This document shows, piece by piece, positions 30,282 to 47,900 of a DNA stretch of 64,000 bases (its first letter is position 1; each line of letters opens with the position of its first letter). The stretch covers positions 992,001 to 1,056,000 of the forward strand of contig OZ024747.1 of the NCBI GenBank assembly GCA_964016885.1, given 5' to 3'. The position numbers and the translations under genes are program-made. Source of the stretch: Eledone cirrhosa (Eukaryota). Under the pieces are notes generated by a model. It saw only the letters and a program-made list of their open reading frames with translations, did no database searches and was not told where the DNA came from.

Positions 30282-30337
30282 ACTGCCTGATGAGGTCATA
30301 GCCATTCAATGGCTATCATCGAAATATATATAGCAGT
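30282..30337 (+). ncRNA. Minimal type I hammerhead ribozyme
   Basis: actgc-CTGATGA-ggtc atagccat(tca)atggctat catc-GAAA-tatata-TA-gcagt. Confidence 0.8.
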
Positions 30338-30378
30338 AAATAAACGATTATAAATTCATGCAATTGACTTATGTTTCG

Positions 30379-30429
<51 letters not shown>

Positions 30430-30525
30430 CAGGGTGTCCCAAAAAATTTGACATCATTGAGCTAGACTTAGTAGTTTTCGAGATATTTGCTTTTAAAATG
30501 ATGTCAAATTTTTTGGGACACCCTG
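30430..30525. mobile_element. Tc1/mariner-type MITE, 96 bp
   Basis: Perfect 29-bp TIRs CAGGGTGTCCCAAAAAATTTGACATCATT with TA on both sides. Confidence 0.9.
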
Positions 30526-30532
30526 TAGATAC

Positions 30533-30618
<86 letters not shown>

Positions 30619-30679
30619 TTTTATATATATGTATTATTTATATACACATATTTTAAATATATATTATATATACATATAT

Positions 30680-30710
<31 letters not shown>

Positions 30711-30820
30711 ATAATAAAGTATATATCCCTACACGCAAAAACCGTCTAGGGACACATGTATTGTCCAACCATATGCCAATGTGGTTCAATGGCAGGTTAA
30801 TAAATTAACGAGCCAGAACA

Positions 30821-31144
30821 TATATAATCAAGGTTTAGCAAATAAGAAAAAGTTTCAAAATAAATTTTAAAAGATTCACTGTACTCACTATGGTTACCTT
30901 TACCGAATCGGTTTCGAGTCTCAAAAATAAATGGACAGTCCCTGCGGCCTTCCATTGTAAAGATAAACTCTCGTCAGAAGGGTCTTTTCACTCGGAGAAT
31001 ATAAAATTCCCGAGTTCAAATTACGAACTGTCCATTTATTTTTGAGACTCGAAACCGATTCGGTAAAGGTAACCATAGTGAGTACAGTGAATTTTTTAAA
31101 ATTTATTTTGAAACTTTTTCTTATTTGCTAAACCTTGATTATAT
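30821..31144. repeat. Inverted repeat with about 118-bp arms (30821-30939 / 31027-31144), Penelope pLTR-like
   Basis: Arms are near-perfect reverse complements and overlap an HHR. Confidence 0.9.
30897..30981 (-). ncRNA. Type I hammerhead ribozyme with long stem II
   Basis: cctt-CTGACGA-gagtt...gactc-GAAA-ccg(att)cgg-TA-aagg; GUA site. Confidence 0.75.
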
Positions 31145-31391
31145 ATTATATATATACATATATTATATATATATATATATTATATATATACATATATACA
31201 TATATATATATATTATTTATATACATATATTATATATATATTATATATACATATATTATATATATATATTATTTATTTGTATATATTATATACATATATT
31301 ATATATATATTATATATATACATATATTATATATATACATATATATACATATATTATATATATATTATATATATACATATATTATATATAC

Positions 31392-31426
<35 letters not shown>

Positions 31427-31433
<7 letters not shown>

Positions 31434-31626
31434 CGAAGGAATTGTGGTAAGGAACCAGATGGACCATAACGCACCAAAGTACTCAATACTTAGGGTAGTA
31501 GAGTGGGTAATAGGAACAAGTATGACCCCGACGACAGAGCTCAAGCCGTTTCGACGGCTATTTCTGTCCAGAAATAGCCGTCGAAACGGCTTGAGCTCTG
31601 CCGTCGTGGGTCATACTTGTTCCTAT
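31427..31626 (-). mobile_element. Penelope pLTR fragment ending in a palindrome of about 115 bp centred at about 31567
   Basis: Same family as 9730-9870; the fold-back centre is the HHR stem II. Confidence 0.75.
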
Positions 31627-31695
31627 ATATATATATATTATAGTTAAAACAGAAAGCAAAAATAAAGCGAAGAGTGCAGTACAAAGTGTTAGTAT

Positions 31696-31895
31696 NNNNN
31701 NNNNNNNNNNNNNNNNNNNNNNNNNNNNNNNNNNNNNNNNNNNNNNNNNNNNNNNNNNNNNNNNNNNNNNNNNNNNNNNNNNNNNNNNNNNNNNNNNNNN
31801 NNNNNNNNNNNNNNNNNNNNNNNNNNNNNNNNNNNNNNNNNNNNNNNNNNNNNNNNNNNNNNNNNNNNNNNNNNNNNNNNNNNNNNNNNNNNNNN
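31696..31895. other. Assembly gap (200 N)
   Basis: N run. Confidence 1.
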
Positions 31896-32114
31896 TTTCG
31901 CTGGTGACTACTGACTTAGGCACCAGTGGACAGCTCAACGCCACTAGTGGACAGCTCAACGTCACAGTAGAAATAACATTAAAGCTAGTTATAGAAATAC
32001 AACTAATATTCAATCATTTCTAGGCCAATATTTCTTCTGTTCAAATACATATATGATCAAACACAACATGGGAATGAGAGGGGGGAACTTTAAGAAATGC
32101 TACATAAATCATAC

Positions 32115-32430
32115 GTCCTCCTTTGGGAGATGATAGGTCATTGAAATCCAGCTATGTATGTTTCATGACAGTGGTGCCGATAACTTTATACAAAATTTCC
32201 AGGAACAGCCAACTCTGCAGAGTGAAAAAGTATATATTAACCAGTTTAACTATTTCTTGCAAATATTTATATAAAACATCTGAAATTTTCTGCAAGTATC
32301 GCCATGAAAATAAGATGTGAAAGTTGAAAGACACTGGATTTGCTCCTAAATAGCAACATCGGGAGGTTGCACAATCTTTGCAATATCTTTCTCTCAAATG
32401 ATATAATAACTATCACACAGCTCCCCATTC
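32115..32430 (-). pseudogene. Possible decayed hAT (Charlie-like) transposase fragment
   Basis: ...LQKISDVLYKYLQEIVKLVNIY...SWLFLEILYKVIG resembles the hAT L..V.K.VN.I....LN.RLF..LC...G region; weak similarity. Confidence 0.4.
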
Positions 32431-32855
32431 AATATATCCTCATTCCTCGATATAATTTTATTTTTTATTATAAACTACATGGCCGTATCCTACATGTTCC
32501 TGTCCCCAAGATGAATTACAATGTCCAACCACACAACCATGATTACCAACACCGCCACCATTACTACCAGCATATCACCAACACCACCATCATAATCTTC
32601 ATCACCAACAACACCACTACCGCCATCATCATCATCATCAGTACTAGTAGCAGCAGCAGTAGTGGTAGTAGTAGTAGTAATAGTAATAGTAGTAGTAGTG
32701 GTGGTGGTGGCGGTGGTAGTAGTAGTAGTAATAGTAGTAATAGTAGTGGTAGTGGTAGTAGTAGTGAAAGAGAAGAATGGAATGCTGCCTGTCTACGAAC
32801 GTCATCGAGGACAATTCAGTTTGGTTACTGAATAGCTCTCAATTGTCAATGTAAG

Positions 32856-32973
<118 letters not shown>

Positions 32974-32974
32974 G

Positions 32975-33107
<133 letters not shown>

Positions 33108-33164
33108 GTAGATAAATCTACCAAGAGTTTACGGTAGTGTCCAATCCGTATGAAATAAATATAC

Positions 33165-33321
33165 TTCATTATTTCTGAAGACGGCGTATATATGTGTTTG
33201 GTATGTATATTTAATCTTGATAATTTGTATAATTTTGTATAATTTTGTACATAGATCTGTTGAATATGCATACCAATTCTATCACACATATATATCCTAG
33301 AAACGATCGTTAAATAATGAA
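33165..33321 (+). ncRNA. Type I hammerhead ribozyme with stem II of about 118 nt
   Basis: ttcattattt-CTGAAGA-[gtatatatgtg/cacatatatat; ttggtatgtatatt/aatatgcataccaa]-GAAA-cgatcg-TT-aaataatgaa; 10-bp stem I. Confidence 0.8.
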
Positions 33322-33372
33322 CTTTTTTTGTTTAATATAAGGAATTGTTTATTCATTATTTGTTTAATATTT

Positions 33373-33460
<88 letters not shown>

Positions 33461-33489
33461 CAATATATATATATATATATGTATATATC

Positions 33490-33543
<54 letters not shown>

Positions 33544-33549
33544 TATATA

Positions 33550-33600
<51 letters not shown>

Positions 33601-33741
33601 GTATCTCTCTATATATATATATGTATATGTATCTATATATATATATATATGTATATGTATCTATATATATATATATATGTATATGTATCTATATATATAT
33701 ATATGTATCTCTATATATATATCTATCTATATATCTATATA

Positions 33742-33790
<49 letters not shown>

Positions 33791-33851
33791 GTTATTCCGG
33801 GTTGAATCGGAGGTAACCATATATATATATATATGTATATATATATCTATA

Positions 33852-33908
<57 letters not shown>

Positions 33909-34084
33909 ATCTATATATGTATATATATGTAGGAGGTGAGTTTTATTGTAGTACAATAAAGCAATGTAGATATCGGATAAGAAGCACTTTTGTATAAGCA
34001 ATGCAGATATCGGATAAGAAGTACAGTTTGTAGGACTGGAGTATACATAATATAAGATCAAATGATGGTTAAAGGAGTTCCATG

Positions 34085-34155
34085 TATTTTATTATGCGCA
34101 TTTCAAAAACAAACATCATCATGCAATAATATTTGTGTTTTCATCAGATAAAACA
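34085..34155 (-). ncRNA. Type I hammerhead ribozyme
   Basis: tgttttat-CTGATGA-aaacacaaatattatt...gatgatgtttgttttt-GAAA-tgcgca-TA-ataaaata. Confidence 0.8.
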
Positions 34156-34239
34156 GGAGAACATGATATGAAGGCTAAAAAACACTTGTGGATAGTGCAG
34201 TTTTAAATCAACATATATGTTGATGTGCGTGAGAGAGAG

Positions 34240-36120
<1,881 letters not shown>

Positions 36121-36582
36121 GTGAATGTGTCTGTTGATTTTTGGCATATAGTTGATTAGTTTAAGAGAAGTTCGAAGATAATAGTAAGATATGCACTCAG
36201 TATTTTGAATCTGTCTGCAGAATTCTCTAGACCTTTGTCACTTAGTAGAACCTTAATGATTTTAGCTTTTAAAGAATCTCCCTTTTCTTTAATTCTATCG
36301 ACCATGACTGACCCCCCCCACTGATTTTATAGACATCTGTTAGCTTAAAAGAAACTTAATGACAAGGAATGGTATGCCATCCGGAACCTGTTTATAGAAT
36401 TCTGTCTGCCTTGTTACTCTAAAAACATAAATAAATAAAAATAAAAATAAACTATAGCTTTGTAGAATTAGCTTTTAATGAATTCCCTTTTCTATCAACC
36501 AATGACCTGCACCCATCCCACTCCCCACCCTCTCCTACCACTTGTAGAGACCTATAAATACCATATTTATTTTTTGATACCC

Positions 36583-36633
36583 AGATTCCTGATGATTTCT
36601 AATGAATGAAACAGTTCTAGTCCTGTAGAATCT
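36583..36633 (+). ncRNA. Type I hammerhead ribozyme downstream of a TATA box (Penelope pLTR-like)
   Basis: agattc-CTGATGA-tttc(taat)gaat-GAAA-cag(ttctagtc)ctg-TA-gaatct; TATAAATA at 36553-36560. Confidence 0.78.
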
Positions 36634-36637
36634 CATC

Positions 36638-36669
<32 letters not shown>

Positions 36670-36685
36670 TGTATATATATAGATA

Positions 36686-36716
<31 letters not shown>

Positions 36717-36751
36717 GTTTATATATATAGATATATATGTATATATATATG

Positions 36752-36974
<223 letters not shown>

Positions 36975-36975
36975 G

Positions 36976-37038
<63 letters not shown>

Positions 37039-37039
37039 G

Positions 37040-37070
<31 letters not shown>

Positions 37071-37129
37071 GTATATATATATGTATATATATATATGTAT
37101 ATATATATGTATATATATGTATATATATG

Positions 37130-37196
<67 letters not shown>

Positions 37197-37265
37197 GTAT
37201 ATATATGTAGCGGCGATGAATTAGTTTTGCGAGGTTTTTTATATGAAATCGTGTGTCGAAACAGA

Positions 37266-38011
37266 TATTGTTATATTTGGGGAGGGTCATATTTGCGTAA
37301 TATTGCCAGAATTAATAACAGAACACACTCACTGTTTGGTTGGTTTTCGCTTCTCGCTGTCTTTTATATATATATATATCTGCGATCTAACTTACTCGGT
37401 CCTCAATGTTGCTATTGACTGACCGGCGGTCAAAAATAATACAGATACAATATAGACAAACACATATATATATAGTTTACATAATTTACATAAATCTTTC
37501 GTTGCACATCTGCAACAAAATTAAATTAAATAAAATAAGATAAATAAATACATACACAAGCACATAAACACACACTAGTCACCCAGCAGACACAACACTA
37601 TACACACTAGTCACACATCACACATAACACTATACACACACGCAAACGCATGCGCAAAGAAGACAAAATAAAATAAGATAAACAAACAAGCAAATAAATA
37701 AATAAATATATAGACAGACTGAACAAAAAAGGAGGAACAATGAATATAACACCACTGACGATGTTGCAGATGTGCAACGAAAGATTTATGTAAATTATGT
37801 AAACTATATATATATGTGTTTGTCTATATTGTATCTGTATTATTTTTGACCGCCGGTCAGTCAATGGCAACATTGAGGACCGAGTAAGTTAGATCGCAGA
37901 TATATATATATAAAAGACAGCGAGAAGCGAAAACCAACCAAACAGTGAGTGTGTTCTGTTATTAATTCTGGCAATATTACGCAAATATGACCCTCCCCAA
38001 ATATAACAATA
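37266..38011. repeat. Inverted repeat with about 250-bp arms (37266-37517 / 37762-38011) between (TA)n arrays
   Basis: Arms are near-perfect reverse complements. Confidence 0.9.
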
Positions 38012-38025
38012 TATATATGTATATA

Positions 38026-38059
<34 letters not shown>

Positions 38060-38170
38060 ATGTATATATATATATATAATGTATATATATATATATATAA
38101 TGTATATATATATATATATGTATATATATATGTATATATATGTATATATATATATATATGTATATATATG

Positions 38171-38502
<332 letters not shown>

Positions 38503-38564
38503 GATATATATGTATATATATATATATATGTATATATATAGATATATATGTATATATATATATG

Positions 38565-38769
<205 letters not shown>

Positions 38770-38770
38770 G

Positions 38771-38853
<83 letters not shown>

Positions 38854-38896
38854 GTATATATATAAATGTATATATATATATATGTATATATATATG

Positions 38897-38945
<49 letters not shown>

Positions 38946-38946
38946 G

Positions 38947-39009
<63 letters not shown>

Positions 39010-39010
39010 G

Positions 39011-39065
<55 letters not shown>

Positions 39066-39186
39066 GTATATATATGTATATATATGTATATATATATGTA
39101 TATATATGTATATATATATGTATATATATGTATATATATATATGTATATATATGTATATATATGTATATATATATGTATATATATG

Positions 39187-39519
<333 letters not shown>

Positions 39520-39522
39520 ACG

Positions 39523-41201
<1,679 letters not shown>

Positions 41202-41338
41202 ATATATATATATACATATATATACCTATATATATATAGATATATATATATATACATATATATATACATATATATATACCTATATATATACATATATATA
41301 TATACCTATATATATATATATACATATATATATATACC

Positions 41339-41388
<50 letters not shown>

Positions 41389-41396
41389 TATATACC

Positions 41397-41449
<53 letters not shown>

Positions 41450-41485
41450 ATATATATATATATACACATATATATATATACATAC

Positions 41486-41548
<63 letters not shown>

Positions 41549-41874
41549 AGTTGAAAAAAATGAAAACGAAATTTCATTTCTCACTCTTAGTATAGCACTT
41601 ACTTAAATGTAAGTATGTATGTATACGTACATACATATATGTATACAGACGTACAGTAGCATGCATATATATACATATATATATATATACATATATATAC
41701 ATACATATACATATATACATACAGGTACACATACATATATGCACGCATCAGTTTAGCGGACGTTTATTACAACGCCGCTTTGTTCGTTTGTTTGTCAACA
41801 AACCGAACAGCCTGAATTTATGCCATACGGTGTTAAGGCAACCACGTCACCTTTTTGTTCAACATTGACACAGG

Positions 41875-41919
41875 AACGATGTACTAGTTTCAAGCTTGTT
41901 AGCTATCATCAGCACCGTT
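41875..41919 (-). ncRNA. Minimal type I hammerhead ribozyme (492 family)
   Basis: aacggtg-CTGATGA-tagct(aaca)agctt-GAAA-ctag-TA-catcgtt; GUA site. Confidence 0.88.
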
Positions 41920-42366
41920 TACCCATCTGCCAGATAGTTGAACGTTCGAAAGTATATACTTTCCTTATGAAAATTAACGGCTGAGCAGCCTAATTTGCAT
42001 ATTGAGTGAGTTAAATCGGTCAGGCATACCGAAAACGATAAGTTGAAAAAAATGAAAACGAAATTTCATTTCTCACTCTTAGTATAGCACTTACTTAAAT
42101 GTAAGTATGTATGTATACGTACATACATATATGTATACAGACGTACAGTAGCATGCATATATATACATATATATATATATACATATATATACATACATAT
42201 ACATATATACATACAGGTACACATACATATATGCACGCATCAGTTTAGCGGACGTTTATTACAACGCCGCTTTGTTCGTTTGTTTGTCAACAAACCGAAC
42301 AGCCTGAATTTATGCCATACGGTGTTAAGGCAACCACGTCACCTTTTTGTTCAACATTGACACAGG

Positions 42367-42411
42367 AACGATGTACTAGTTTCAAGCTTGTTAGCTATCA
42401 TCAGCACCGTT
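42367..42411 (-). ncRNA. Minimal type I hammerhead ribozyme (492 family)
   Basis: Identical to 41875-41919. Confidence 0.88.
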
Positions 42412-42858
42412 TACCCATCTGCCAGATAGTTGAACGTTCGAAAGTATATACTTTCCTTATGAAAATTAACGGCTGAGCAGCCTAATTTGCATATTGAGTG
42501 AGTTAAATCGGTCAGGCATACCGAAAACGATAAGTTGAAAAAAATGAAAACGAAATTTCATTTCTCACTCTTAGTATAGCACTTACTTAAATGTAAGTAT
42601 GTATGTATACGTACATACATATATGTATACAGACGTACAGTAGCATGCATATATATACATATATATATATATACATATATATACATACATATACATATAT
42701 ACATACAGGTACACATACATATATGCACGCATCAGTTTAGCGGACGTTTATTACAACGCCGCTTTGTTCGTTTGTTTGTCAACAAACCGAACAGCCTGAA
42801 TTTATGCCATACGGTGTTAAGGCAACCACGTCACCTTTTTGTTCAACATTGACACAGG

Positions 42859-42903
42859 AACGATGTACTAGTTTCAAGCTTGTTAGCTATCATCAGCACC
42901 GTT
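42859..42903 (-). ncRNA. Minimal type I hammerhead ribozyme (492 family)
   Basis: Identical to 41875-41919. Confidence 0.88.
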
Positions 42904-43026
42904 TACCCATCTGCCAGATAGTTGAACGTTCGAAAGTATATACTTTCCTTATGAAAATTAACGGCTGAGCAGCCTAATTTGCATATTGAGTGAGTTAAAT
43001 CGGTCAGGCATACCGAAAACGATAAG

Positions 43027-43063
<37 letters not shown>

Positions 43064-43188
43064 TATACATATATATATATATACATATATATATATACAT
43101 ATATATACATATATATATACATATATATATATATACATATATATATACATATATATATATATACATATATATATATACATATATATAC

Positions 43189-43287
<99 letters not shown>

Positions 43288-43288
43288 C

Positions 43289-43320
<32 letters not shown>

Positions 43321-43369
43321 GTATATATATGTATATATATATATATATATATGTATGTATATATATATA

Positions 43370-43408
<39 letters not shown>

Positions 43409-43427
43409 ATATGTATATAGGTATATA

Positions 43428-43479
<52 letters not shown>

Positions 43480-43489
43480 TAGGTATATA

Positions 43490-43545
<56 letters not shown>

Positions 43546-43644
43546 GGTATATATATATATGTATATATATATATATCTATATATATATAGGTATATATAT
43601 GTATATATATATATAGGTATATATATATGTATATATATATATAT

Positions 43645-43726
<82 letters not shown>

Positions 43727-43744
43727 TAGTAACACAACAGTTAG

Positions 43745-44008
<264 letters not shown>

Positions 44009-44079
44009 TTTAAAATAACAGATTAAAGTTTAAGCAAAGAATCGCTGCTTTCGCCCTTAACGGGATCTTCTGAAACTGA

Positions 44080-44123
<44 letters not shown>

Positions 44124-44611
44124 TTATCTGAGTTTTTCGAATACTAATAATAATATTCGATTAGTTTGCAATTATGCAAACAGCCCCTTTAAGCCATGTC
44201 AGTAGAATGACCTCCATCACTCTTGCTCTTGTGTTGGCATATAAACAAAACAGCAGACACTAACATTCTGGGTGTTTACCCTTCACCAGGAACGTATACT
44301 GCCAACTGTCAGAGGTAGTGAAAATATATATTTTCTGAAATATACAGTAACTGATCAGGCAGTCTGTTAATATGGCTAATTAATGAGTCTTATTACTGTG
44401 GAGTTTCACCTGTGCACTCACAGGATCATTGGATATCCTATCTGATGATCCTGTCAGTACAATTATGGAACTCCATACCATCAACCTCGAATAAACACAT
44501 CTATCCTGCTGTCTGTAATGCTTTAGATGACGGTGCTGTCTTTTATATTCAATTATTTACCGAATTCTATACATACATACACACATAGACACACACAGGC
44601 ACACACACATA

Positions 44612-44690
<79 letters not shown>

Positions 44691-44839
44691 CAGTTCTTCA
44701 TGTTTGAGAAACGTTTCTCCCCCTATTTATTTATTTGTCTTCGTAATTTTATAGAACTTTCAATCTTCTTTATATTCACTTTTAGCTATTTTTACAAACC
44801 CTGAAGATAAAGTGGACTCTTGACACAGTGGAACCCCAC

Positions 44840-44898
<59 letters not shown>

Positions 44899-44970
44899 AA
44901 CGAAATACCTTCTGGACCTTTATTTTAAAAAGAAAGGAACTCAATAGAATCTTGTAGTAAATCGATTGAA

Positions 44971-47900
44971 TCCGGGTTAAGTTTTGCTCCCGTCACCTTT
45001 CATATTCCTCCAATAAGTTGCCGACCACCTCGATTTCTGAGGTGTCCGACACCATCACGGTGATGTCGTCCGCATAAGCCGACACAGCCTTTCCGCGTCC
45101 CGGTTCGAGCGGGAGGCCCTGCAACAGCTCTAGCTTCCGCAGTAAAGGCTTGAGAGTCAATACGCACAGAAGGGAGGAGAGAGGGCACCCTTGACGGACC
45201 GATCGCGAGACCTGAAACGGTTCCGAGAGGTGGCCATTAATTTTGACCACCGAGCAGGTACCGCTGTGCATTGCAGCGATCCAGCTTCTGAAGACGGGGC
45301 CGAAGCCAGCTGCCTTGAGGACAGCCTCCAAGTACCGATGGTCGACCCTATCGAATGGTTTCTATTGATCTAAATTGATCAGAGCCCCACCGAAGCCAGG
45401 TTTACACCCTATCCTCTCTATGATGTATCGCATTAGGTGGAGGTTGTCGTGTATGGACCTGGTTGGAAGTGCGCAAGTTTGCGCCTCCCCAACCAAATCC
45501 CCGACGACAAGCGCCAACCTCTTCGCTAACACCCTGGGCCTGAAATTGTCTAATGTGTCCCTCTTGTTCTCGTCTTTCCTTATCAGCGTCACTACGCCCC
45601 GGCTCACAGTACTGGGAATACTCCCGTTCTGCTGCCAGTTGCAGTAGAGCGCTTCGAGGAGATTGGAGAATAAGTCCGGCATATTTACGTAAAGCTCGTA
45701 GGGCAGACAATCCAAACCGGGTCACTTGCGCCTCATGCGCCTCATGAATCTCGGCTGAAGTAATTGGCCTTTCGCAGCGTCCAGCATCGGCCGTCGAGAG
45801 TTGCGGCAAGCCATCGATGTAGGGACTGAAGTCTGCCACCGTCTCTGACCCGCCACTTCCCCCGAACAACCGAGCAAAATGTTGACGAAAGGCCTCACAC
45901 ATCCGCTTGGAATCGCTCAGCTCGTGTTCATCTCGGTCCATCAAAGACCGAATCGTGGTTTTATTACCACGCTGCGCCTCTGCCACGCAGGCCCATCGAA
46001 CAGCTTTGGTTCCCTCGTTTCTCAGAGCACGCGCCTTTGCTCTGACAATGCAACCTTCGTGTTTCGCATTGAAGAAATGGTCTAATGCCATTCTCGCCGC
46101 TAGCACGTTAGTTGCAATGCCACTACAAATAGCCTCGTCTAACTTATCTACAAACTCCCCTTCCTTTCTATTTTTCTCTAACGCTACTTCTTTGCTAAAC
46201 TCTATCGACATTACTCTAATCTCTCTTTTGAGAGCCCCCACCACCTATTGTTGACGACTCCCCCGTCAACCTTTTCTTAACTAAATTGTTGACCTGGTCC
46301 CTGTAAGCCTGACGTGCCGGAAATGACATGTTCAGCTTCCAGTAACCAGGTCCTAACCTACGCGTCTTATCTAGGTCGACCATACAGATCACAAACTTGT
46401 GACCTGAATAGCCGACCGTGCGGTTAGTCCAGGTCCACACTGGCGCATTAGGGAAATCTAGTCGGTACCTGTCAGACAGTTGGAACTGGCTGATTAGGTT
46501 CTTGAGGCCTTTGCACCCCCTGCTTCTATCGGATACTCCCACACAGTCCCAGCGTACGTCTAAAATGCCGTTCCAGTCCCCCGCTAACAGTAAAGGGCGA
46601 GACGTACCCAGAAAGGCTTCCAGGCGTCTAAAGAAGTCCGGCCGTCCTGCCCCAGTAGGAGCGTAGACAGCCACCAGTCGAAAGGCACCACCTTCGCTAT
46701 CGAAGATCGACCTTACCTCGAGATCCAGGCCTTTCCTAAACAGCACTGCCACCCCACCCCCCATTCTCGGCCGACTAGCAGATGCAAAGATCTGATAGTC
46801 GTCGAAAATGGGGGCTAGTGCGCGCGTGTCGGAAATCCTGGTCTCGCTGACGGCACTTACATCCATTTCTAGAGATCTGAGGTCGTTGAGCAGGTGACCT
46901 TGCTTCCAGGACGATCCCAGGCCTCGAACATTTAAACTTCATACTCTTAATACGACCATGTTGGCAGGATAAAAGAGAGAGAGGAAAGGTTTACTTACCT
47001 TCCGGGCTCTTGTGAAGGTCGGGTGGTTCGACCTCCATAGTTGGTGGGGTTTCTTTTGGGAACCCCTTTAAAAGTCTTGAAGTGGGTTTTACGTTCGAGG
47101 TTCCCACGTCCCGAGGAAAGCTAGCTGTCTCGTATCTCTTTGAATAAATCGAGCGACATTCGCACCAGAAACAAATCTTCCGGCACGCGAAATATGCTTG
47201 ATTTAAAAATTTCCCCCTCTTTTTGTATATCTTCACTTCGTACTACGAGGGCCATCAGCTCCTTATTGGCCCTCCTGGCGAGCACGAAGTTTTGTATGTT
47301 TTGTTGGTGTGATTTTATTTGTTTGCGTGGCTGTGGTAGTGATGGTTTTGATGGTGTTGTTTCGGTTGTGTCTGTGTTTGTTGTGAGTGTGGTGTCTGCT
47401 GTTTCAGATGTTTGTGTGTGTATTTGTTCTTGCGTCTGTTTAGGTTGTTTGCGTTTGGGGAGGTGATGGTGGTGTTGATGTTGGTGAGATGTTTGCGTGG
47501 GTGGTGTCTGCATTTTTTATTGTGGGTGTTTTTGTGCTTTGTTGAGTTTTGTTTTTCTTTTTGTGTATTTTGGGGGATTTTGGTTTTCCCTCATCTTCAC
47601 TACTGGTAGATGAGGGGTCTGTGTCTGTAAGTGTGTCTGTGTGTGTGTTTATGTTTTTATTGAAGCTTTTATTTGGAGGGGGGGGGGGGCGAATTTGACA
47701 ACTTTCCTCGTTTCCCCACTGGATGGTCAATGTTGGTGGTGGTCTTTCTATTGGTGTTGTTGCTGGTGTTGGTTGTGGTCCTCGCCCCGGCGTCGGCAGC
47801 AGTAGAGCCCTTCGACCCCCTTGAATCTTTCAGCAGTTGAGGGCAGAAGGCTCGCAAATGGGTTTTTTTCCCCACAAACAAAACAATGCGACCTTTTGCC

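Larger units (their letters stand above)
41548..43028 (-). mobile_element. Retrozyme-like tandem array: three apparently identical 492-bp units
   Basis: TTGAAAAAAATGAAAAC at 41551, 42043 and 42535; one minimal HHR per unit; (TA)n on both flanks. Confidence 0.88.

Noticed and set aside
44280-44334. Possible minus-strand exon following the 51494 exon
   Set aside because: Joining in phase 1 gives an immediate stop and the donor is weak.
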